Source of the DNA: a virus
Lineage: Duplodnaviria; Heunggongvirae; Uroviricota; Caudoviricetes
Reading direction: 5' to 3' (one strand)
Length of the DNA stretch: 16,984 bases
IMG/VR virus record: IMGVR_UViG_2667527582_000001
This document shows positions 1 to 6,665 of the stretch, piece after piece. The notes under the pieces are model-generated. The model did no database searches. It saw only the letters and a program-made list of their open reading frames with translations, and was not told the DNA's origin. A program made the position numbers and the translations under genes. The first letter of the stretch is position 1. The number at the start of each line of letters is the position of its first letter.

Positions 1-160
1 ATGGAACTTAAAAAACTGATGGAACATATTTCTATTATCCCCGATTACAGACAAGCCTGGAAAGTAGAACATAAATTGTCAGATATTCTACTGTTGACTA
101 TTTGTGCCGTTATTTCTGGTGCAGAGGGTTGGGAAGATATAGAGGATTTTGGGGAAACAC
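1..160 (+). mobile_element. N-terminal fragment (~53 codons) of an ISAs1-family / H-repeat-associated transposase, cut off by the N-run
   Basis: Translation [53 protein letters not shown] matches my recollection of the N-terminus of E. coli H-repeat-associated proteins (YhhI/YdcC type). The reading frame runs straight into the ambiguous bases. Confidence 0.6.
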
Positions 161-170
161 NNNNNNNNNN
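161..170. other. Run of 10 ambiguous bases (assembly or scaffold gap)
   Basis: Ten consecutive n characters in the sequence. Confidence 0.95.
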
Positions 171-221
171 TGCGGGTGCTGTGTAATGGAAATAAAAAGG
201 CCACCTGACGTGGACACCAGA

Positions 222-1274
222 TTATTTCCCCACCAGCTCGTTTATCTCTTTCACTGTCTGGTTAAACCGCTCTGACTCAAGCTCAACACCTAAGGCCCGA
301 CGCCCCAGCGCCATTGCTGCTTTTATTGTGGAACCGGATCCCATAAAAAAATCAGCAACCAGATCACCAGGTCGACTACTGGCATTGATTATTTGCCTGA
401 GCATATCCGCCGGTTTCTCACACGGATGTTTACCCGGGTAGAACTGAACGGGTTTATGCATCCAGACATCGGTATAAGGCACGGAGACTGATACGGAGAA
501 ATAGCGCCGGAGAGATTTAAACTCATCCAGCAATTCAGAATATTTGCGATTCAGTGAATCATAAGATGCCACCAGCTGGTGGTGTGGTTGTTCCAGTTGT
601 TGTTCCTGAAACTTCTCTGCCGCTATACGGGAAAACAGTGCCTGTAACTTCCGATAGTCAGCCTCATTCGGCAACTGCCACTGACTGGCACCAAACCAGT
701 GGGAAACCATATTTTTCTTACCTGTGGCTTCGGCAATTTGTTTTGCCGTTATACCCAGTTCGGCACGAGCATCCCTGAAATACGATATCAGCGGTGCCAT
801 TATGTGCTGTTTGAGTTCCCTTTCTTTTGCCGCATAGCCGTCACTTTTGCCGCGATATGGCCCCTGGTAATGTTCAGCAAACAGAACGCGCTCTGTGGCA
901 GGAAAATATGCGCGCAGACTTTCTTTATTACACCCATTCCAACGTCCGGACGGCTTCGCCCAGATGATATGGTTAAGCACGTTGAAACGTTCACGCATCA
1001 TGATCTCAATATCAGATGCCAGGCGATGCCCACAGAACAGGTAAAGGCTTCCGGCAGGTTTTAACACCCGCCAGAACTGGGCCAGACAGTGGTCCAGCCA
1101 CTTAAGGTAATCTTCGTCCCCTTTCCACTGATTGTCCCAGCCGTTGGGTTTCACCTTGAAGTACGGCGGATCGGTAACAATCAGGTCAATGGAATCATCA
1201 GGCAGGGACTGAATAAAATGCAGGCAATCAGCGTTGATTAAATCAGCACTGTTTATTTTTACAGTATTTTTCAT
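222..1274 (-). CDS. DNA methyltransferase, beta-class amino-MTase (N6-adenine or N4-cytosine), 350 aa
   Basis: N-proximal SIDLIVTDPPYF (motif IV, DPPY) and C-terminal LVADFFMGSGST (motif I, FxGxG). The IV-then-I order is typical of beta-class DNA amino-methyltransferases. ATG at 1274; no strong SD upstream. Confidence 0.75.
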   Translation of the reverse strand: MKNTVKINSADLINADCLHFIQSLPDDSIDLIVTDPPYFKVKPNGWDNQWKGDEDYLKWLDHCLAQFWRVLKPAGSLYLFCGHRLASDIEIMMRERFNVLNHIIWAKPSGRWNGCNKESLRAYFPATERVLFAEHYQGPYRGKSDGYAAKERELKQHIMAPLISYFRDARAELGITAKQIAEATGKKNMVSHWFGASQWQLPNEADYRKLQALFSRIAAEKFQEQQLEQPHHQLVASYDSLNRKYSELLDEFKSLRRYFSVSVSVPYTDVWMHKPVQFYPGKHPCEKPADMLRQIINASSRPGDLVADFFMGSGSTIKAAMALGRRALGVELESERFNQTVKEINELVGK

Positions 1275-1424
1275 GGATCAGTAAGCGTAACTCTGGTAGG
1301 CTCACTCTGCTTTTGCGCTAAAGCAGTGGGCCGTGGTTCGCTTGTGACCAGTAAGCATGAGCGAATGGCTGGCAGGTGCTACCAACACCCACCAGCCGCC
1401 CATTTTCACAGCAGGAAACCGCCA

Positions 1425-1652
1425 TTACTGGCAGCGTCTGAATTTATTCCCGTACCCGCCGTTATCCTTCGCCAGACCCGCCAGAACTAACTGAGTCAGT
1501 ATTAACTGGCACCGGGCTTCGCTTACTCCGGTAGTTCTCGTCATCATGCGTGGCGTTACCCACTTGTCAGCAGGTAAGAAATGAAGGACTGCGGCGGCGG
1601 TTTCTGTCATATCTTGCTGTTTTAGCATGTCTTTTTCCCTTCTGGTTAACAT
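1425..1652 (-). CDS. Hypothetical small protein (67-75 aa), possible winged-helix DNA-binding protein
   Basis: ORF with three candidate ATG starts (MLTRRE, MLKQQ, MTETAA); only the second has a weak AGGG SD-like element. No family recognised; start and reality uncertain. Confidence 0.35.
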   Translation of the reverse strand: MLTRREKDMLKQQDMTETAAAVLHFLPADKWVTPRMMTRTTGVSEARCQLILTQLVLAGLAKDNGGYGNKFRRCQ

Positions 1653-1753
1653 GACATACCAATAACTCTTGTCTAAAAATCCAGCAAGATAAAAAGTCAG
1701 TATTCACGACCACCAGCGTGTTTACTGTACTGCACCAAGTTTACAGGTACAAA

Positions 1754-1776
1754 AAACCCGCTCAGTGGCGGGTTTA
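1754..1776 (-). terminator. Rho-independent terminator, strong for minus-strand transcripts (end of the post-Q moron)
   Basis: aaacccgc / gcgggttt stem with 6-nt loop; on the minus strand it is followed by TTTTTTGT. Only a weak T-tract on the plus strand. Confidence 0.65.
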
Positions 1777-1904
1777 AGTTGTGTGGCGAAGTAACCACTC
1801 TTAACACACTAATAGCATTTTTGTTATAACACAAGTAGCTCATTCAGTATTTTTAGAATCTTGACTTTCTTAAGCACGGCGAACTCTGAATACCAAACAT
1901 AAAA

Positions 1905-2522
1905 TCAATTATCTTCCAGGCCGGATGCTATCAACGAAAGCCTCTCAAAAAACGCTGTAGCAGCCTTGTCCAAAGTTGAATAAGTACTGTATTCTCCGTG
2001 TTCGGGACCAACCACTACCCATGGTCGTCTTTTTGGGATTCGGGACTTCTCAGAAATCACTGTTCCAGATATACCAATATCAATTGTTACACCTGTTATT
2101 ATTTTCTCTTCATCTCTTTCCCTGAACTCAATTGCCATAAATGCCGTTTTTTTTCGTTTCCCGTTTTTAAAAAAATCAAATAAAGCAAAGCGATGCTCAT
2201 TAAAATCAACACCCCATCGTCCTTCAGGATAAAGGGCATGAAAGTTGTCATTTACGCTCTGCATCGTCTCATAAGCTTTAACTTCTAAATCTCCATAGTG
2301 CATAGATACCGCGCAGGAGTCACTGGGTAACTGTATTTTCCCAAGATTGAAAACCTTTACTGCTCCAGAACTATGGCATCTTGCCCGCAATTTATCCCCA
2401 TTTATACTAATCGGAGAAATATTCCTTAATGTTCCGGGCTGGCTCCCTCCTAAGTAAACGACTGTTAAAGATTGCTTATTTTCAATTGCATCAACTAATA
2501 CATGCTCTACATTTTTATCCAT
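1905..2522 (-). CDS. Hypothetical protein, 205 aa; AT-rich moron immediately downstream of Q, unknown function
   Basis: Long ORF in a visibly AT-rich segment. ATG at 2522 (MDKNVEHV...) is preceded by GGGAGG at about 6-nt spacing; the upstream in-frame ATG at 2549 has no SD. Residues ~18-60 (LTVVYLGGSQPGTLRNISPISINGDKLRARCHSSGAVKVFNLGKI) loosely resemble a WYL/SH3-like beta-barrel pattern, by eye only. Confidence 0.6.
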   Translation of the reverse strand: MDKNVEHVLVDAIENKQSLTVVYLGGSQPGTLRNISPISINGDKLRARCHSSGAVKVFNLGKIQLPSDSCAVSMHYGDLEVKAYETMQSVNDNFHALYPEGRWGVDFNEHRFALFDFFKNGKRKKTAFMAIEFRERDEEKIITGVTIDIGISGTVISEKSRIPKRRPWVVVGPEHGEYSTYSTLDKAATAFFERLSLIASGLEDN

Positions 2523-2524
2523 AA

Positions 2525-2559
2525 TAACCTCCCGATGAACAGGTATCATCAGGAGGTTA
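2525..2559 (-). promoter_or_regulatory. Hairpin sequestering the ribosome-binding site of the 205-aa moron gene (candidate translational control element)
   Basis: Perfect 8-9-bp inverted repeat taacctcc (2525-2532) / ggaggtta (2552-2559). On the mRNA the 3' arm GGGAGGUUAU is the SD of the ATG at 2522 and pairs with AUAACCUCC about 19 nt upstream. Confidence 0.5.
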
Positions 2560-2597
2560 TAATAAAATATGATTATTTACTTTGATTGAATTTATTA

Positions 2598-2969
2598 CTA
2601 TATGTAACAATCAATTTCTAAAGATACCCCCAACATTGCCAGACAACCGTCAATAAACCCTTCAGCTTTCTGCAGTCTGATAACAACCTGATTAAGTGAT
2701 ATCCCCAGTTTTACCCCCAACGCCCGTAATGTAACCCCATACACATAATACATTTCCAGTAATTCGTATTGATACGGTTCCTTTTTCTTAAGAACTGTCA
2801 TTGCAGAGCTAATGATCAGGCCATCGTCATCGCTACATTGCGGGCGGGATTTTACTTTCGAAGGAATTAATCCCTTAAAACCTGCAGCAACAGATGACCA
2901 TTCCACATCCTCGTGATTATTTGCCACCCATGCCCCCCAACGTTCAAGAACCATTTGAATATCACGCAT
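2598..2969 (-). CDS. Late-gene antiterminator Q (QuuD / phage-82-type Q family), ~123 aa
   Basis: MRDIQMVLERWGAWVANNHEDVEWSSVAAGFKGLIP... matches my recollection of E. coli QuuD; C-terminal HTH-like segment LLEMYYVYGVTLRALGVKLGISLNQVVIRLQ. ATG at 2969 preceded by GGAG at 7 nt; the ORF-track start at 2984 is an upstream TTG. Confidence 0.75.
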   Translation of the reverse strand: MRDIQMVLERWGAWVANNHEDVEWSSVAAGFKGLIPSKVKSRPQCSDDDGLIISSAMTVLKKKEPYQYELLEMYYVYGVTLRALGVKLGISLNQVVIRLQKAEGFIDGCLAMLGVSLEIDCYI

Positions 2970-2986
2970 CAACTTTCTCCACAAAA

Positions 2987-3982
2987 TCAGGCCAGCACGC
3001 CTATTGCCAGCGCACGATCGATAAAACGAAATATCAGCTCCAGCTGGGAGCCATACTTCTCTTCAAATGCCACGGTATCCGCATGCAGCTCGTCGTGATG
3101 CTTTCTGCACAAAGGCAACACAAAGAGGTCATGCGCTTTTGTACCCATTCCACCCTGACCGTGGCCTATCAGGTGGTGGGGATCATCAGCAGGCTTTCCA
3201 CAACATGCACACGGCTGTGTCTTAACCCAGCGCGTGTACTTTTCATTAACCCAGCGGCGGCGTTTTGGGCGTAACATAAAAGACTCCGGCGACTCCGGAT
3301 CCACTTTCAGCGCCAGCACCTTTTTCGCTTTATCCTGGATGATGCTGGTGGCAGGAACCGAAGGCACAAGGTCACTCTCCCGGGTGACAGACGGCACAAC
3401 AGGTTTCGGTAATCTCAGCGCCTTACGGGCTGCGCTTTCAGGTAAGGCATCCGCCAGGTCATTACGAATCAGCCACCAGCACAGTTCCGGCATTGTCACG
3501 GCATGGTTATCATCAAAACCGAGATCCCGACGGACTACAGACAACACCCAGCGGGCACAGTTATCCGTTGCCATTGATTCCAGCCGTTCCGTGAACTGAT
3601 CGCGCAGCTGGTTATCGCAGTGCCAGCACAGACGGATTGCGCCCGGAGCGTGTCGCATTGTGGTCATGTTCTCGCTGTGCCAGTCGGAATGAGGCCACTG
3701 GCAGCCTTTTTCACGAAGTAACCAGCTTTCAAGACATTCCACGCCACCAGCACGACGGATCACTGCCTCATTGCGGAACACGGCCCGAACGGCAGGATCA
3801 TCCGCCAGCGGTTGTGATACCGCCGGAACGGCACCACTGGCGAAAGATGAATAACGTTCCGGCTCAGGCTCCAGCAGGACACGCCCCTGCATAAACAGGG
3901 GCATCAGCTCTGAACCTGGCCTGAACAATACGATCCCCATACGCGGGGCAATTTCAGGGGTCAGTAGTGCTCTCACGGTCAC
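2987..3982 (-). CDS. DUF968-like protein with C-terminal HNH-like Cys/His motif (YdfU-like nin-region protein), 331 aa
   Basis: C-terminus CACCGKPADDPHHLIGHGQGGMGTKAHDLFVLPLCRKHHDELH is the Cys/His pattern of DUF968/HNH-like proteins found before Q in lambdoid prophages. Apparent GTG start at 3982 overlapping the KilA-N stop. Confidence 0.6.
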   Translation of the reverse strand: MTVRALLTPEIAPRMGIVLFRPGSELMPLFMQGRVLLEPEPERYSSFASGAVPAVSQPLADDPAVRAVFRNEAVIRRAGGVECLESWLLREKGCQWPHSDWHSENMTTMRHAPGAIRLCWHCDNQLRDQFTERLESMATDNCARWVLSVVRRDLGFDDNHAVTMPELCWWLIRNDLADALPESAARKALRLPKPVVPSVTRESDLVPSVPATSIIQDKAKKVLALKVDPESPESFMLRPKRRRWVNEKYTRWVKTQPCACCGKPADDPHHLIGHGQGGMGTKAHDLFVLPLCRKHHDELHADTVAFEEKYGSQLELIFRFIDRALAIGVLA

Positions 3983-3983
3983 C

Positions 3984-4793
3984 TCAATGAACGGTATCGA
4001 GCAGCTTTAACAGCTCAGGGAATCGGGATTCGAAGAAATGCGGCTGCGTCTCACGCGGATTTGCGGGACTGGTGATGTTCTTGCCGAACATGCAGCCTTT
4101 CGCCGTCAGCGACCAGAATTTTTTGATGTTGTTAATCCCGGTACGGCTGTATCGTTCGCGCTGCTCGACGATCCCCAGCTTCACCATCTGGTGATATGCC
4201 TGATTAGCCGTCAGGCGGATACCATACTGCTTCAGCAGTGCACTCAGCGACAGCGTCGGGCGGCTTGAGCCATCAGGCGCGTCAGCAGGTGCATCAATGG
4301 CATAGCGCGGTGCCAGATTCGGTAAGCCAACAGCCTCCTGGAGTTTCTGACAGGCACCAAGCACTGAAGAGTTAGACAGATTTAACTCCCGGCGCATAAA
4401 GTCCAGCAGGATCACGCCAGCCTGCATCTTGTCAGCAGCCTGTCCGGATAACTTTTCCGGCGCGCTGGTTACCATATCGAAAGTACGGATCACCTTCAGA
4501 TGGAATGACGGGCTGATCCACATTGCATAGGCATACACCAGTTCCTTACAGACATACGTTCCCCGTTCATTTCCCCCATGAATCACACTCACCGGGTCAA
4601 CACCCAAATTCTGGGTGTTGGTTAATTCATGAACAAGCTCAACAGTTTGTTGGCTGGAAAGAAACTTTCCTGGCTCCTTGGTTCTGGCATTTGCACCAGA
4701 TGCTACTGCTGCGCGATGCAGATCGTTCAGGCTGTAACGCCCATAAGCATCACGACGAACTTCAATACCATCAATGACCATCAGATTATTCAT
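3984..4793 (-). CDS. KilA-N domain protein (putative antirepressor-like DNA-binding protein), 269 aa
   Basis: N-terminus MNNLMVIDGIEVRRDAYGRYSLNDLHRAA... is a typical KilA-N start. AGGAG SD upstream of the ATG at 4793. Confidence 0.65.
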   Translation of the reverse strand: MNNLMVIDGIEVRRDAYGRYSLNDLHRAAVASGANARTKEPGKFLSSQQTVELVHELTNTQNLGVDPVSVIHGGNERGTYVCKELVYAYAMWISPSFHLKVIRTFDMVTSAPEKLSGQAADKMQAGVILLDFMRRELNLSNSSVLGACQKLQEAVGLPNLAPRYAIDAPADAPDGSSRPTLSLSALLKQYGIRLTANQAYHQMVKLGIVEQRERYSRTGINNIKKFWSLTAKGCMFGKNITSPANPRETQPHFFESRFPELLKLLDTVH

Positions 4794-4812
4794 ACTTCGT
4801 TTCTCCTCTTAA

Positions 4813-5202
4813 TCAGGCAGCTGCACCCGCCGTTTTCTCGTACTTACTGATAGTGATCTCGACCTTCCCTTCCGGGATAACCGGTCCCCACTCCACCAGC
4901 ATTCTTTTCACCTGACTGTCGTCTTCCCACACCCCCGCGTGGGTCAGGGCGTCAAACAGCGCCTTGTTATAGTTGTCCAGATCGCGGATCCTGTTATCCG
5001 GAGGAAACAACACGATCTCCACTGAAGCAGGTGCCGACGTTGGTTTCGGCAGACGACGTAACTGCTCAACTATTGCTGCACACGCCGCGCTCTGGAATTT
5101 GCGCCCCGCCGCGCTTATCAGGCTCTTACCTGCAAACGCCACTTTGTTGGGGTGTCGCCAGTACGTGTTCACGCTGGGCGGAAAAGGCAGTATTAGCTTC
5201 AT
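4813..5202 (-). CDS. rusA: RusA-family Holliday-junction resolvase, 129 aa
   Basis: MKLILPFPPSVNTYWRH...RDLDNYNKALFDALTHAGVWEDDSQV... matches RusA motifs (PWPPS-like N-terminus, catalytic RDLDN...FDAL...DD). ATG overlaps the upstream stop as ATGA. Confidence 0.85.
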   Translation of the reverse strand: MKLILPFPPSVNTYWRHPNKVAFAGKSLISAAGRKFQSAACAAIVEQLRRLPKPTSAPASVEIVLFPPDNRIRDLDNYNKALFDALTHAGVWEDDSQVKRMLVEWGPVIPEGKVEITISKYEKTAGAAA

Positions 5203-5525
5203 ACTTTCAGGCCCCTCTCATGTAACCAGTGGGCTGCACGCAACCTGGCGTTCTCCTCACCGGCAAGCAGTGCGCGGATGATACCGACCGCCTCGCTGTC
5301 GTCGTCCTTCACCGCGGTATGAAGCGTGATGCCCCGGGCCACGCCACGCTTTATCGTGATGACGCCTTTTTTCTCCAGTGCGCGAAGATGCTCCACCGCT
5401 GCATTCACTGAACGGTATCCCAGCATGGTTGCCACCTCCTGATTGGTTGGCGGGAAGCCACGTTCTTTCTGATAAGAAATCAGCATATCCAGCACCTGCT
5501 GCTGGCATTGAGTTAACGTCGTCAT
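5199..5525 (-). CDS. LexA N-terminal DNA-binding-domain homologue with no S24 peptidase domain, 108 aa
   Basis: MTTLTQCQQQVLDMLISYQKERGFPPTNQEVATMLGYRSVNAAVEHLRALEKKGVITIKRGVARGITL parallels the LexA winged-helix N-terminus (LTARQQEV...[36 protein letters not shown]). The ORF stops after ~108 aa; no Ser/Lys protease domain. ATGA overlaps at both ends. Confidence 0.7.
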   Translation of the reverse strand: MTTLTQCQQQVLDMLISYQKERGFPPTNQEVATMLGYRSVNAAVEHLRALEKKGVITIKRGVARGITLHTAVKDDDSEAVGIIRALLAGEENARLRAAHWLHERGLKV

Positions 5526-6175
5526 GCCGCCATCTCCCTGACCAGTTTTTCTGCCTGCTGGCGAACCTGCGCCAGAAAGGCCTCACCACATGCCTCAAGT
5601 TCATCGCGCCCGATGTAGCTGATTGCCGGTCCCTTCCAGGTCTTGTCGAAAACAGCAATAGCACCAGCGAAGAAAGCGCCTGTCGGCACCTGCTTCTCAT
5701 CCTTCGGGATAAACCAGGCAGGCAGTTCAAAACCAATACGCCCGCGAATAAAAGCAATATGATCTGCATCTTCCGGCCACCACACTTCGCTGGTGGCAGC
5801 TTTGATCAGGAAAACATAGCGCCCGCCTTTATCACGCATGGCACTGGCATGCTTCATGATGTAACGCATGCCGGTGATGTATTGCCCCTCATGCTGACTG
5901 GCGCGGCTGTATGGGGGATTACCAAAGGCAGCACCTTTAAGCTCCGCAAGGCGTTCTGACCAGTCATGCGCCAGCGCGTTGTCTTCCGCCGTGTAATACG
6001 CAGCACATTTGGCGTTATCACCGTCAGTGAACAGATCCAGAACAAACGGGCCAAACAGGGTGTTAATTCCCCAGAAAATGTTGTCCGGCGTGCGCCACTG
6101 ATCGCCCACTTCCTTCAGTTCATGGGCTGGTTTGTTCCGCAGTTCCGCCAGCGCCTGGCAATATTTATTACTCAT
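5522..6175 (-). CDS. Phage N6-adenine DNA methyltransferase (phage Dam family), ~217 aa
   Basis: FGNPPYS motif (NPPY amino-MTase catalytic motif) in the N-terminal half; family typical of lambdoid nin regions. ATG at 6175 (MSNKYCQ...) overlaps the upstream TAA as TAATG; the in-frame ATG at 6208 is a possible alternative. Confidence 0.75.
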   Translation of the reverse strand: MSNKYCQALAELRNKPAHELKEVGDQWRTPDNIFWGINTLFGPFVLDLFTDGDNAKCAAYYTAEDNALAHDWSERLAELKGAAFGNPPYSRASQHEGQYITGMRYIMKHASAMRDKGGRYVFLIKAATSEVWWPEDADHIAFIRGRIGFELPAWFIPKDEKQVPTGAFFAGAIAVFDKTWKGPAISYIGRDELEACGEAFLAQVRQQAEKLVREMAA

Positions 6176-6663
6176 TAAGCCCCCACGTAATTCCCTGAGA
6201 GATACCACTCTTCACCTGATGCAGCCCGCTTACTGCTTTTCCGTAAACACCGTTCACGACGCGCCAGAAAATTGTTTCGTTCTGGCTGGGAGTGGCTTTC
6301 ACGGAATGCCGCCATCCACACCGTTGCAGCACGACGGTATAAGCCCCTCGACTCCAGTTCTTCAGCCTGGCGGGTCAGGCACAAAATCACCCGGGGGTCG
6401 TTAGTGCCGACATAGAACTTGCGCACAGGTCTGGTTTCACGAACTGGTTGTGGTTCCGGCTCCTGCGCTCTCTCAGTCAGGCGCGAGAAATGTCTGCGTG
6501 TATCTCCTTCACAACGGTGAGCCACACGCCCACTCTGACGTAACTTGCTTGCTGACTGCAGAACGCGCTGCCGTGAGTAACCTGCAAAAGCATCCGCAAT
6601 GTCTCCGGAAGTACAGCCCGGATGGGCTTCAATGAATTTCTGAACTTCATTCAAAATACTCAT
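6175..6663 (-). CDS. YfdN-like protein: N-terminal winged-helix-like region plus C-terminal PerC-like segment, ~162 aa
   Basis: C-terminal LESRGLYRRAATVWMAAFRESHSQPERNNFLARRERCL resembles the PerC-family signature as I recall it. ATG at 6663 preceded by AGGGGGTGA, 2 nt after the O-like stop; track start 6669 is GTG. Length matches my recollection of YfdN (164 aa). Confidence 0.5.
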   Translation of the reverse strand: MSILNEVQKFIEAHPGCTSGDIADAFAGYSRQRVLQSASKLRQSGRVAHRCEGDTRRHFSRLTERAQEPEPQPVRETRPVRKFYVGTNDPRVILCLTRQAEELESRGLYRRAATVWMAAFRESHSQPERNNFLARRERCLRKSSKRAASGEEWYLSGNYVGA

Positions 6664-6665
6664 GC

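Noticed and set aside
554-1064. ORFs at 554..778 (+), 699..1064 (+) and 800..994 (-) inside the 350-aa methyltransferase gene
   Set aside because: They lie wholly within, and mostly antisense to, a well-supported long CDS, with odd composition and no SD; treated as shadow ORFs.
5257-5959. Arg-rich 170-aa ORF 5257..5769 (-) and 193-aa ORF 5378..5959 (+) overlapping the LexA-like and Dam genes
   Set aside because: Alternative-frame or antisense ORFs over genes with clear catalytic motifs; low-complexity Arg/Ser-rich translations typical of out-of-frame reads of GC-rich coding DNA.
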